In this document: one piece after another, positions 46,585 through 60,901 of the stretch | Layout of the letters: every line of letters begins with the position of its first letter | Numbering within the stretch: position 1 is the first letter of the stretch | Assembly: GCA_950097015.1 (NCBI GenBank) | Contig: CATNEN010000029.1 | Location: forward strand, 7,068,001-7,132,000 | Direction of reading: 5' to 3' | Length of the DNA stretch: 64,000 bases | DNA from: Macrostomum hystrix | Lineage: Eukaryota > Animalia > Platyhelminthes | Made by a program: the position numbers and the translations under genes | The notes under the pieces: model-generated | What the model saw: only the letters and a program-made list of their open reading frames with translations | What the model was told of the DNA's origin: nothing | The model's database searches: none

Positions 46585-49100
46585 TTAACATGTAGAATTC
46601 TGTCTAACAGATGGACTTCTGTCCTACATGTAGAATTCTGTCTAACAGATGGACTTCTGTCCTACATGTAGAATTCTGTCTAACAGATGGACTTCTGTTT
46701 TACATGTAGAATTCTGTCTAACAGATGGACTTCTGTCCTACATGTAGAATTCTGTCTAACAGATGGACTTCTGTCCTACATGTAGAATTCTGTCTAACAG
46801 ATGGACTTCTGTTTAACATGTAGAATTCTGTCTAACAGATGGACTTCTGTCCTACATGTAGAATTCTGTCTAACAGATGGACTTCTGTCCTACATGTAGA
46901 ATTCTGTCTAACAGATGGACTTCTGTCCTACATGTAGAATTCTGTCTAACAGATGGACTTCTGTCCTACATGTAGAATTCTGTCTAACAGATGGACTTCT
47001 GTCCTACATGTAGAATTCTGTCTAACAGATGGACTTCTGTCCTACATGTAGAATTCTGTCTAACAGATGGACTTCTGTCCTCCATGTAGAATTCTGTCTA
47101 ACAGATGGACTTCTGTTTAACATGTAGAATTCTGTCTAACAGATGGACTTCTGTCCTACATGTAGAATTCTGTCTAACAGATGGACTTCTGTCCTACAGT
47201 AGAATTCTGTCTAACAGATGGACTTCTGTCCTACATGTAGAATTCTGTCTAACAGATGGACTTCTGTCCTACATGTAGAATTCTGTCTAACAGATGGACT
47301 TCTGTCCTACATGTAGAATTCTGTCTAACAGATGGACTTCTGTCCTACATGTAGAATTCTGTCTAACAGATGGACTTCTGTCCTACATGTAGAATTCTGT
47401 CTAACAGATGGACTTCTGTTTAACATGTAGAATTCTGTCTAACAGATGGACTTCTGTCCTACATGTAGAATTCTGTCTAACAGATAGACCTTTGTTTAAC
47501 ATGTAGAATTCTGTCTAACAGATGGACTTCTGTCCTACATGTAGAATTCTGTCTAACAGATGGACTTCTGTCCTACATGTAGAATTCTGTCTAACAGATA
47601 GACCTTTGTTTAACATGTAGAATTCTGTCTAACAGATGGACTTCTGTCCTACATGTAGAATTCTGTCTAACAGATGGACTTCTGTCCTACATGTAGAATT
47701 CTGTCTAACAGATGGACTTCTGTCCTACATGTAGAATTCTGTCTAACAGATGGACTTGTGTCCTACATGTAGAATTCTGTCTAACAGATGGACTTCTGTC
47801 CTACATGTAGAATTCTGTCTAACAGATGGACTTCTGTCCTACATGTAGAATTCTGTCTAACAGATGGACTTCTGTCCTACATGTAGAATTCTGTCTAACA
47901 GATGGACTTCTGTTTAACATGTAGAATTCTGTCTAACAGATGGACTTCTGTCCTACATGTAGAATTCTGTCTAACAGATAGACCTTTGTTTAACATGTAG
48001 AATTCTGTCTAACAGATGGACTTCTGTCCTACATGTAGAATTCTGTCTAACAGATGGACTTCTGTCCTACATGTAGAATTCTGTCTAACAGATAGACCTT
48101 TGTTTAACATGTAGAATTCTGTCTAACAGATGGACTTCTGTCCTACATGTAGAATTCTGTCTAACAGATGGACTTCTGTCCTACATGTAGAATTCTGTCT
48201 AACAGATGGACTTCTGTCCTACATGTAGAATTCTGTCTAACAGATGGACTTGTGTCCTACATGTAGAATTCTGTCTAACAGATGGACTTCTGTCCTACAT
48301 GTAGAATTCTGTCTAACAGATGGACTTCTGTCCTACATGTAGAATTCTGTCTAACAGATGGACTTCTGTCCTACATGTAGAATTCTGTCTAACAGATGGA
48401 CTTCTGTCCTACATGTAGAATTCTGTCTAACAGATGGACTTCTGTCCTACATGTAGAATTCTGTCTAACAGATGGACTTCTGTCCTACATGTAGAATTCT
48501 GTCTAACAGATGGACTTCTGTCCTACATGTAGAATTCTGTCTAACAGATGGACTTCTGTCCTACATGTAGAATTCTGTCTAACAGATGGACTTCTGTCCT
48601 ACATGTAGAATTCTGTCTAACAGATGGACTTCTGTCCTACATGTAGAATTCTGTCTAACAGATGGACTTCTGTCCTACATGTAGAATTCTGTCTAACAGA
48701 TGGACTTCTGTCCTACATGTAGAATTCTGTCTAACAGATGGACTTCTGTCCTACATGTAGAATTCTGTCTAACAGATGGACTTCTGTTTAACATGTAGAA
48801 TTCTGTCTAACAGATGGACTTCTGTCCTACATGTAGAATTCTGTCTAACAGATAGACCTTTGTTTAACATGTAGAATTCTGTCTAACAGATGGACTTCTG
48901 TCCTACATGTAGAATTCTGTCTAACAGATGGACTTCTGTCCTACATGTAGAATTCTGTCTAACAGATGGACTTCTGTTTAACATGTAGAATTCTGTCTAA
49001 CAGATGGACTTCTGTTTAACATGTAGAATTCTGTCTAACAGATGGACTTCTGTCCTGCATGTAGAATTCTGTCTAACAGATTGACTTCTGTCTAACATGT
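46585..49100. repeat. 38-bp (2x19) minisatellite
   Basis: Unit acatgtagaattctgtctaacagatggacttctgtcct. Confidence 0.95.
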
Positions 49101-49502
49101 ATTATTTTCTTCATGATTCGTCACTTCATATCTGTATATCAGTAGTCCTCAAATATGTATTCATTAAACTATTTTTCAAGAAAAAACGAAGACAACTACG
49201 AGAACAGCAACAAGAAAAAATGTTAATTTTGTCTTTGCGGTCTCATGAAATATTATTTTATTAACTATCAGTTCAATAAAGGCTGGAGCAACAATTGTGT
49301 AGTGCATCCATGGGAACACTAAGGCCTAAACAGAATGGTGGTACAGAAGTCATTTCTAATCACTCGGACGTCATTCGCGCTAGATCATAACTAAGTAAAT
49401 AAGTGCTATGACAACTAATTATTTGAGAGCTACTTTGGGAACAAATGTTAATCGGGATCAGAGTTTGCTGTTGAATGTTAAGGCGAAGATCAGAATCGCC
49501 AC

Positions 49503-49922
<420 letters not shown>

Positions 49923-49929
49923 TTAAGCT

Positions 49930-50620
49930 AGGCGCCTCTTCAGGTGACACCCAGACTAAATAAAGCTAGGCGCCCATTCTAACAGGTGATGCCCAGACTA
50001 ATTAAAGCTAGGCGCCCATTCTAACAGGTGATGCCCAGACTAATTAAAGCTAGGCGCCCATTCTACCAGGTGACACACAGACTAAATAAAGCTAGGCGCC
50101 CATTCTAACAGGTGATGCCCAGACTAATTAAAGCTAGGCGCCCATTCTAACAGGTGATGCCCAGACTAATTAAAGCTAGGCGCCCATTCTACCAGGTGAC
50201 ACACAGACTAATTAAAGCTAGGCGCCCATTCTACCAGGTGACACACAGACTAATTAAAGCTAGGCGCCCATTCTACCAGGTGACACACAGACTAATTAAA
50301 GCTAGGCGCCCATTCTACCAGGTGACACACAGACTAATTAAAGCTAGGCGCCCATTCTACCAGGTGACACACAGACTAATTAAAGCTAGGCGCCCATTCT
50401 AACAGGTGACACACAGACTAATTAAAGCTAGGCGCCCATTCTAACAGGTGACACACAGACTAATTAAAGCTAGGCGCCCATTCTAACAGGTGACACACAG
50501 ACTAATTAAAGCTAGGCGCCCATTCTAACAGGTGATGCCCAGACTAATTAAAGCTAGGCGCCCATTCTAACAGGTGATGCCCAGACTAATTAAAGCTAGG
50601 CGCCCATTCTAACAGGTGAC
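49930..50620. repeat. 42-bp minisatellite upstream of the copy A coding exon
   Basis: Unit ccagactaattaaagctaggcgcccattctaacaggtgatgc. Confidence 0.95.
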
Positions 50621-51204
50621 ACCAATATTATTTAAACATGGGCGTCTTTTAAACAATTAAATTATGAAATTACACTAACCGATTGCCTTATAAAATTGCA
50701 TCTGACTCATTCACGCTTTTAAAAGAAAGCAAGTAGACCTACCTATAGAAGAGCAATGGTTTAATATGAGACCGAAATAACAACTAAAAAATGGGTACCA
50801 TGTAAATAGTTGAAGAAAATAAATCAAAGTCATATGATGAAAGCCGATTCATTCCACACAATTGGATCGTCAGTCAGTCGCAATCTGCTGTTGAAAGTTT
50901 ATATTTTTCCTTTATTGATCTTGCTCAATACACTTGACTGTGTTCCTCTAACAGGATGACACTAGTCCCAATTTCAGATACATTATTTGTTTATTTAGAG
51001 GCTATGTCTTCAGCAAATTTCTGTTAGGGATATTTTTGGCAAACTACTACAGGGCAGAATTCTAGGGAAATTTTGACGCAGCAGCTAGACTACAAGAACT
51101 TCTTGGAACTAATTGTAGACTTTAACAACTAAGACACACAACTTAGCGCTTAGTTGCAAACACTTGCTACTTCAAGTAGTCGGTGAAGCTAATCGCCGGA
51201 TCAT

Positions 51205-51845
<641 letters not shown>

Positions 51846-52373
51846 CTGATAAGAAAATAGAATCGACTGTAAATTTACGGATGAAAGAGAATAATTAACT
51901 AAGAATTACCTTTTTGTAGCGTTCTACTCTTTAACAACTATAGCCTAAGCTAACACACAACAAAACATGCAATAGGAAATCAAGTTAGTTTGTCTTTCAA
52001 ACAAAGTTCTGCAAAAAACTGCAGGAAAACAAAGGCAAACGAACTGGTATATATATTTATTTTAATTTTGGATATTTAACATCAAAAGCATCTTAAAATG
52101 CAGAAAGCCTACAGCCTCTTAATACTAACCATAATGGGTTGCTGGAAAGTTTTTGGTTACAAAATACAGACGGAAAAGACTCAAGTGGTAGGACTTATTG
52201 CAATGGGAGAGTCTGCAGCTGTAGAACACCAATAATTGTAGAAAAAACTGTACTTGACAAAAGGAATAGTAAGAATGAGCTATGAGCTACATATTTTTAT
52301 ATTTTTGATATTCAACGATAAACTGGTTAGAAACGATGCGAGTTAGTTTTTTCCCTCAGCGCGATCTCGCCAG

Positions 52374-52961
52374 CTACAGCTCATGCTCGAGCCGCATTGG
52401 AATAATAAAACTGTCGGTCAAGCGGCCCACACTCTCGGTTACTCGACTGACAGTCTCAGCCAAGCCATCGACAGCGGCATCTAGCTCCTCTAGCGACCTA
52501 GTCTCAAATTCTGTCGCCTCCTCCGGCGAGATCAACACTCGCTGTTCCAACTGCTTGCTATGCTCGGGGCCGCTCACAGACCAGGGCAGCGAGGCGGACA
52601 GTCGGTCCACAAAATCCGTGGCCGAATTATTCAACTGGACGCGCTGATTTCTGGCAGCATTCAACAGCTCCGTCAGCTCGTCGTTGGCCTCAGAGGCGAC
52701 CTGGTGGGCATCGGTAGCCAACTGTTCCCAGTGCTGCAACTCGCGCCGCTGAACATCCTGCCGGTGCTCCAGGGAAGTCAGCAGCTCCCTAGCCCGGTCG
52801 ACCCGCTCCTCCTCGGAGGTGGCCTCGCGAATGGTCTCGGACAAGAAGTGCTCAAGATCCGCTCGACGCTGACGAGCCTCTAAAAGGGCCCGCTCTGATA
52901 AATGAAGGCGGCGATCTAAGCGCTCCATGCATTCCATTGTGTTCAAGTTATCGTCATCCAT
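52374..52961 (-). CDS. Hypothetical coiled-coil protein (195 aa, single coding exon)
   Basis: GC-rich non-repetitive ORF in AT-rich surroundings; E/R/L-rich helical pattern; ttttccag acceptor 30 nt before the ATG; AATAAA at 52056-52061. Confidence 0.75.
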   Translation of the reverse strand: MDDDNLNTMECMERLDRRLHLSERALLEARQRRADLEHFLSETIREATSEEERVDRARELLTSLEHRQDVQRRELQHWEQLATDAHQVASEANDELTELLNAARNQRVQLNNSATDFVDRLSASLPWSVSGPEHSKQLEQRVLISPEEATEFETRSLEELDAAVDGLAETVSRVTESVGRLTDSFIIPMRLEHEL

Positions 52962-53847
52962 TTGTGCTCGAGTGTTTCGTCCCTATTGTAACTGGAAAAC
53001 AATAAATCACAAATAGTAGAGCATTTAAATTGGACAAATCTTGAGTTATTTAGTTTATTAAAAAGTAAGTGTCTAAGTCATAGACTGAATAGAATATACA
53101 CACAGAGTAATACAGCAATTAAGCCACTAAAACATACAAAAATAACTCTATACATAATTATATTGAGCTTTGAGCATAGAAATCTATCTAGAGTTGTATA
53201 CTACATGGTTGGCACAATAGTAAATGATAGGCAGAAAAATTCACTTCTGAATAACTAAAATGTTGTATTGTATTATCAAAATTTGATTGCAATTTATCTA
53301 ATGAATTGTGTATCACAAATTTTTTAAAATACATACACTATATAAAATATTTTCATAATTTCATTTTCAAACATAACACATTTTTGTTTTATCTTCAGTG
53401 TTGGCACAGGTGGGCACCCCCAATATACCACAAATCACTGTCTCAAGGGGGATGACCAACCCATGGACTATAAAAAGCAGTTTATTTGTGTTGGGAATCA
53501 CATGGTCACTCCTATAATAAAATTTCATAATGAAATGATATATAGTCTGCATCTAAGTTGAGCAAAATATATGTGAGCAAGCTATCTGATAAAAAAAACT
53601 TTGAATAACACAAGATGAGAACATCATGTCAGCAAAGCTATTGGTTGAGCAGAATCCTTTGAGCAAATGGGGCCAGGCGTGTCATAGCAAAGGATAATGA
53701 TAAGTGAGAAGTCTAATGGTGCAGGTTTGACCTTCATAGAATTTCAAAGGCAGCTGCTATCATTTCATGACAGCTTGTGTGAGGAGCTGTTTCGTAGATT
53801 AAAAAATGTTAGATCAACATAAAACATTTGCCTCTTATTGATATGAT

Positions 53848-54431
53848 TAGGGGTTGGATGGGATCAAGATTTTTGGGATTGGTCAGGATTGGGATCTTCA
53901 TCTATTTCTGGGTGGGATTCGGGACAGGAGAAGCCTATGCCTAACCTAAGTGGAGAGTCAGAGTCAGAGTCTGTCCTTTTTGTACACTTACAAAAAACAT
54001 TAAAGCAGATAACATCAGCTAAAACCTTAGTTCTTCCTTGGTTCAGCCTGCATCAAATTTTTCAAGCTGTTTCTTGATTTTTGCCAAGCTATTCATATAT
54101 TAGGGGCATGATGAGCCCATCCCGATTTTCATATTTTTAAGAGTTGGGATTGAGATCTCACCCTATTGGAATAAGTTGACAAATCGCGTCCAACCATCCA
54201 TTGCATTTTCAGACTTTTTTGGTGTCGTGTCGTGTTGCAAGGCATTGCCAGGGCGTTGCATCTGTTTTTCTTTTTTTAAAGTGTAGTTAGTTGGTTAGGT
54301 TATTATAGCATTTCATGTTGCGTCACGCTTTGGAGCCATATTTTTGACACCTGTATGGCGCATCCGCAGCTTTTTGACATTTATTCCAATAGGGAGATCC
54401 CAAAATTTATCCAAATCCTGTCCAACCCCTA
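53848..54431. mobile_element. hAT-type MITE (second family)
   Basis: TIR taggggttggatgggat / atcctgtccaaccccta; 8-bp flanks gatatgat/gatataat; internal inverted repeat ccctattggaataa / ttattccaataggg. Confidence 0.75.
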
Positions 54432-56299
54432 GATATAATCTTTTTGCATACAATCATGTAATTGAAGTTGAGGATCTATCAAAAGTTGTAGCCACATTCT
54501 CCTAAGATAACCTAGATGAAATATATCTGTTGAGAAATAGATATTTAGAAACATATTTAAAACTATCACTAGTATTTCTAAAAAGCAACATATTGAGCAG
54601 GCTTTATTTCGAAATACTTACACAAATTAGTTTGCTAGCAAATGTGAAATAAAATGAAAATGAAACAAACTATATATGTATATATATTTAAGGAAGAATA
54701 TTAAACATATTTGGTTTCATGTAGCACTCATGTTGCCACTCCAGATTTTTTTAAGTTTCTTTTCCTATCACCAGAGTTCTTGGTTTATTTTTTTTCTATA
54801 AAAATACTTTTCTTTTGATTTGAAGCAACCTAAATAGATAATTCCAATAAATTGTGCTTGATTCTTATGCAAACCATAGCTTTAAGTTTAAAGACATATC
54901 CTGCATTCCAAAAGAGGCTTTCATTCATTTCTTAGTTTCTTAAGTATGCCTTGCTATTTTTTTCTTGATTTTGCTTGGTGTAGCAATATGTTTCAGATGC
55001 CATTTACCTACTAAACAAGCTTTAATCATGAATGGAAAAAAATCTGCTTTCCTATGTATAAGTATAACCCAGTGCTAAAATAACTTCTTTGGTAGGCCTA
55101 ATGAAATATATTTATTAAATTCTTAAGACATAACAAAATACTAGATTAACCAATATAAATATAATCAAGCCCAGGGACTGCGGGTAACAAACTAATTACT
55201 GAATACTGCCCCTTAACAAAAGTTAATGTTGCACCAGTGACCAGTGCCACCACTGTTTATCTATTCTATTATTGTCTAGGCCTGTATCACTTTGTTCTGT
55301 CTATAACCCACTAGAAGATAGTAGTTGAAGTTAAAGTCCATAAAAACCTAAAATATTTTATAGTAGGCCGATTGAAATTCAAGAAATACATAGACCATGA
55401 TATTTAGTTGAGACAATCTACTAAGTGCCATACTTAGCATAATTTCAACCAGCTTCAGAAAATTTTATTAAAAGTAAATATTTTATTTAATTATACTGGT
55501 AATTATTACCATTCTTCAGTAGTCAGTAGTATTTGAATAATAAATTAAAGGGTACGAAAAGCAAAGGTATCACCTTAGCAGCATCAGCAAAATGTGAAAC
55601 AAACCAAAATATTCAGTTTTTCATCTTAAATTCTTAGTAATGTTAGCTATAATATTTGGTTATCATAATTCGTTATCTTAAGATGCATTGCCAAAATATC
55701 AAAGCAAGCTAAAACTTAGCAATTATAAATGTATTTTAGAGTATTTTTAAGGAAAATAAGGTAAGGATCATCAATTGCAGCAAAGTTTTATAAATAGAAG
55801 TATTGCAGCATGAGCTATGCCTTGAATAGTTCAAGGATTAAGAAAATTTGAATAGCGATAAAGAAATACTAGTTTTAACCTCCAAGATATGGTCAGGAGG
55901 TGCTTCTAAATATGACTAAACTTGATAATTGAATATTTTATTGTTTGAGTTCACAAAGTTAAAACTCCGTGAAAATTTCAAAAAATTCATAACCAAACAG
56001 GTACTACCACATTAAGAAACAAAATTCGTAAATTTTTAACTATCTTTCTGTGACTAATAATATTTGATATCTTTTCATCTGTGTTTAAATGGTATAATTT
56101 GTTTTAATTTCTTCCGGAGCTTTAAACCATGCGCTTCGCAGGATAACAGTATTTAAAATGCCCAAAAATCAGAGTTATAGTAGCTCGAACTTGGGTGTCA
56201 CCGAGTGAGTGCCACGCCAGGTACCATCGCTTGTGGCGACGGACCCTACATGCATTATCACTTATCTATTTTTCAGTCATCTAATTTTTCACTTCCTCG

Positions 56300-57170
56300 G
56301 AAGTGGAAAATAGTTGCCCCCCCTCCGGCTGTGAGCATCCTGGCCAGGGGCTAACGGGTTCGCCCTCCTCGGAGCATGCGGCTACTAAACTGGCAACACA
56401 TCGCGGCGGGCGAAGCAATGCGACCACTGAGCAATGTCGCCTTGGGTTCAATCAGAGGCGGAAGAAGCTTCGGGCAGCTGCGCGACTTCGCCGCCGGGAC
56501 TCGCGACTCGCCATGTCGAGCTGCTTCATCAACCTGCTGAATCCACGGCTTTTGCAGTGCCAGAGCGGTTTCCGCCCAGGGCGCTCTACGACCTAACAAG
56601 TCGCCGCAATCCGCTGCGTCATCCAGACCTGCAGAACGCGTCAGCTGTCAGTTTCGTCGTCTACGATTCATGGACTTCAATTGTGGCTCGGCAGTGATGC
56701 CACCAAGACCAAGGTGCTGCACGTTGGGACCGCAACGAGGCCCGACCTCTACCTGCCTCTATATCTACCTGCGTGTGGATTTCTGCTACCTGGGCGTGTC
56801 GGTGATGAGCGCTGACGTGATGGTGGAGACACGCAAGTGCATGCCTGGCGCGCCACGCACCTCCTGCGCTCGATCTTCAGATCCGAGGCCGCCGACCAGC
56901 TCAACTGGCCTTGTTCCAAGCAGCAGTTGAATCTGTGCTGGTCTATGGCTTGGGAGCGGTTCACCCAACGCCGGCGCGCGATGCTACCATCAACGATGCT
57001 CACCGGCAGCTGATGCGAGCTGCTCTGGGCATCAGCAAAACAAGACCATCAGCAATGCGGACCTCTACGCTCGCAGCAGCAAGAAGCCGTTGTCCGCCAC
57101 GCTGCCTACAAGCTGCGTGTGCTCGCTGCTTAAGCACTGTATATCATTATTGTTATTATTACTCGCATTA
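56300..57170 (+). mobile_element. Decayed non-LTR retrotransposon (LINE) reverse transcriptase fragment
   Basis: Motifs QSGFRPGRST, DFCYLG, FQAAVESVLVYG, LMRAALGI in broken frames; (TAT)-like tail. Confidence 0.8.
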
Positions 57171-59204
57171 TCACCATATATATCGCGAAAAAACACAGGA
57201 CTGGAATTTAAGTCAAATCAGTTGTCTTTTTACATGAGGCTTGCCTACTAATAATATTTATTTAGGTAGTATATTTGTGTCTTAAGTGCAATAAAGGCAA
57301 AAAGAAAAGGACAAGAAAATTTCTAAAGTGAGAAACTGCATAATATAGTTTTAAAGTTTTCGTTAAAAATACCGATTGCAGCAGAGGTAAAATGGGGGAC
57401 TAGACTATCGGCTGGCTGCATGGTGTTTGAGTAAATAAAAAACTATCATAAATTACGTTTAGGCAAACAAAACGAAGCCATGATAAATAAGTAAATAACT
57501 GAAATGTTCATTATGCCGTAAAAATTCTGGATTTTCTATATGCATCACAGTTTGTAAGCTATGAGCGATTCGTATAAAATCACTTTTATCAACCGTCAAA
57601 CTGGAAACAGGAGCACACCAGACTACTGACTGAGATTCCAGAGTAGAATGCTAAGAAAGCGATGCCAAACTTACGAAAAATACGAAAGAATGATTTAGCC
57701 AGAAATCGGATGCACTTTTAGCTGGACTGCTATGGCGCCTTCTCTTCATACTCACTCCTTACTATAAGCAGTTCTGTGCCTAGCGAGCGGAATCCATATA
57801 TTTTACTGCTTCTCTAACATGCCCCACTATTTATAATTAATAAGGAGATAAATATGTTTCTATTCTTTCTTTCCTCCTTTGGGAAATCTCAAGAAAGACC
57901 AAACTGCTGCTAGGATTGCCGGTGATTTTCGTCACTGTAACCAAGTCATACACAATATGCTAGTAAAACCAACTCTACTCACAAATGGTTTACCTCGGTA
58001 TTAGTTGAGTACGAAACAATAAACTATGATGATTAACATCACGGTGCGAGAATAATAAAAAGCGACAAAAATGACGAGAAGAAATTATAACAAGTACAGT
58101 TCCGAATTAAACGCAAGATATAGATAGTGAGTGTGTAGCATTGCGGCACGCGTAGCATAAGAACGTTTTAAACAAAAATTCTGACCTGTATTCAGCAGCA
58201 TATATTAATAGCTCTACAAATATGTTCGTTGGATAAGAAGGCGGGCTAATGAATAAAAAAAAGTAAAATATAAATTCTTTTGAATATGAATAATGTGTTA
58301 AGTACCGAAAAAACTACATCAACTAGTCACTTGACCTTCAAAGAACATAAGAATGTGCCGGAAACAACAAATTTTCGAATGATCAACAAAAAATGTTTTT
58401 GTAAAAGAAAATTAGGAAAAGTTGAAGTAAAGCGTGAGTTGCAAAATGACACGATTGTTAGATGTTCAAACAGTATTGTATAATAAAAACGAATTAATTG
58501 TCCATCCAGCCAATCAATAGACAGTTTTATCCTACATATCTAAAGCCATGCGAATGCTTACACCAAAAATGAGGAAAATAATAGCAATCAAACAAAAATC
58601 ATTCCATCGACAAGATATAATTGATTTATTTGCAGCGAGACGCGAGTCAAAGTACAGTTTGGGCCTGGGAAAATGATCTGCCATTGCACTGTATCAGCTG
58701 TTTGTCTGTCAGTGTTATTATTATAGAGCAATGAGTACTGATTGTTTGCCAGCTTCGGGCGCTTCACTTCAGGACCGTGACTGAAATGTTTGACATGGTT
58801 AACAATGCAGATGTTAAACATGGTAAACTGCTTCTAAATCCTATTAGTTTAATAATATGTCTTGGGAATTCGGTATCTTGTACATATTCTGTTCTCCATT
58901 AAAGCTAAGGTGTACTTCATTTCGGAATAAAATTAGTTAACTATTTAAATAGACTAACCTGAATAAATACAACCCAATCGATTTTACGTGCCAAAAAAGA
59001 GCTAAATATATGCATGCAGAAATAGTGTACGTGAATAAAATTAGTGAAAAGAGATGAAAGTAATAAACACGAAATGAACATTTATATATAAACCAGCAAG
59101 TTGTTTCACAATAAGTAACGGGACAATCCTACTACAGAAAGATATAGACATTTTTAATTTCGTAAAATCGTGGAGCGAAGCGGCTCAGGCAGTTTGTAGA
59201 GGGA

Positions 59205-60085
59205 GCAAGGAGTGAGGTGGCTGAGAAAGCGTGGGGGCGAGGAGTGAGGTGGCTGAGAAAGCGTGGGGGCGAGGAGTGAGGTGGCTGAGAAAGCGTGGAA
59301 TTGAGGAGTGAGGTGGCTGAGAAAGCGTGGAATCGAGGAGTGAGGTGACTGAGAAAGCATGGGGGCGAGGAGTGAGGTGGCTGAGAAAGCGTGGAATTGA
59401 GGAGTGAGGTGGCTGAGAAAGCGTGGAATTGAGGAGTGAGGTGGCTGAGAAAGCGTGGAATTGAGGAGTGAGGTGGCTGAGAAAGCGTGGAATCGAGGAG
59501 TGAGGTGACTGAGAAAGCATGGGGGCGAGGAGTGAGGTGGCTGAGAAAGCGTGGAATTGAGGAGTGAGGTGGCTGAGAAAGCGTGGGGGCGAGGAGTGAG
59601 GTGACTGAGAAAGCGTGGAATCGAGGAGTGAGGTGGCTGAGAAAGCGTGGGGGCGAGGAGTGAGGTGACTGAGAAAGCGTGGAATCGAGGAGTGAGGTGG
59701 CTGAGAAAGCGTGGGGGCGAGGAGTGAGGTGGCTGAGAAAGCGTGGAATTGAGGAGTGAGGTGGCTGAGAAAGCGTGGAATTGAGGAGTGAGGTGGCTGA
59801 GAAAGCGTGGAATTGAGGAGTGAGGTGGCTGAGAAAGCGTGGAATCGAGGAGTGAGGTGACTGAAAAAGCATGGGGGCGAGGAGTGAGGTGGCTGAGAAA
59901 GCGTGGAATTGAGGAGTGAGGTGGCTGAGAAAGCGTGGGGGCGAGGAGTGAGGTGACTGAGAAAGCGTGGAATCGAGGAGTGAGGTGGCTGAGAAAGCGT
60001 GGGGGCGAGGAGTGAGGTGGCTGAGAAAGCGTGGAATCGAGGAGTGAGGTGGCTGAGAAAGCGTGGGGGCGTGGTGAGGTGGCTG
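59205..60085. repeat. 32-bp minisatellite
   Basis: Unit gaggagtgaggtggctgagaaagcgtggaatt. Confidence 0.95.
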
Positions 60086-60627
60086 AAGGAGATTTAGATG
60101 AGTGAATTAAAAATGGCGATCCTCTTTAATGCGTGTAAAGGTTAATGCGTGCAAAACTTGAAGCGCTTTTCTCCATAATGTCCTTATTTAAAGCAACCTG
60201 CCTAGCTAGCTAAGATCTCACTGACAGGTGAAGCCTTGTCAATTTTTTTAAACAGCAACTCTAACCAAATGATGGCACAGTCTTAGTTTAGAAGTCTTTC
60301 TAAGTGAGACTCAATTATGTAAAAGTGCAAAATGGAATGCGTGCAAACCCAAAAACCAACAAATCCAAAAATAATCTAAGAATAATCCAAGAGTGCATAG
60401 TAATATTGCACAAAGGAAAGCTAAAGACTATTTGCTAAGTCTTGTTGGTGCACTTACACTTGACTGTAAACAAATGCAAAGGGGATAATTAATTTTTTTA
60501 TGGTGAATATTAGTTAAAATTAGTCCGCTCGTGTCCATAAAATTAGGCGCAAGAATACATTATAAAATATTTTACTAATGTAACTTTAATCTGTATTTAT
60601 TCTGCACCTGCAGAAGCAGCAGCAAAT

Positions 60628-60663
<36 letters not shown>

Positions 60664-60901
60664 GTATCTAAATTATCGAATTTCTATAATTGAAGACTAA
60701 TTTTGGGGTTTCCGATAGCTACTACGCTCAATGTACACAAACAATCACGAGCTAGTACACAGACACAAAGAGACGGATTTCACACGGAAAGCAGCTAATG
60801 GCGTTAATAACGAATTCATTATTATGTTAACAAAAAAGATTGTACAAATCACAGGTTGCCAAAATATTATATTTAATCGAGACCTGAAGAGCTGCAAATT
60901 A

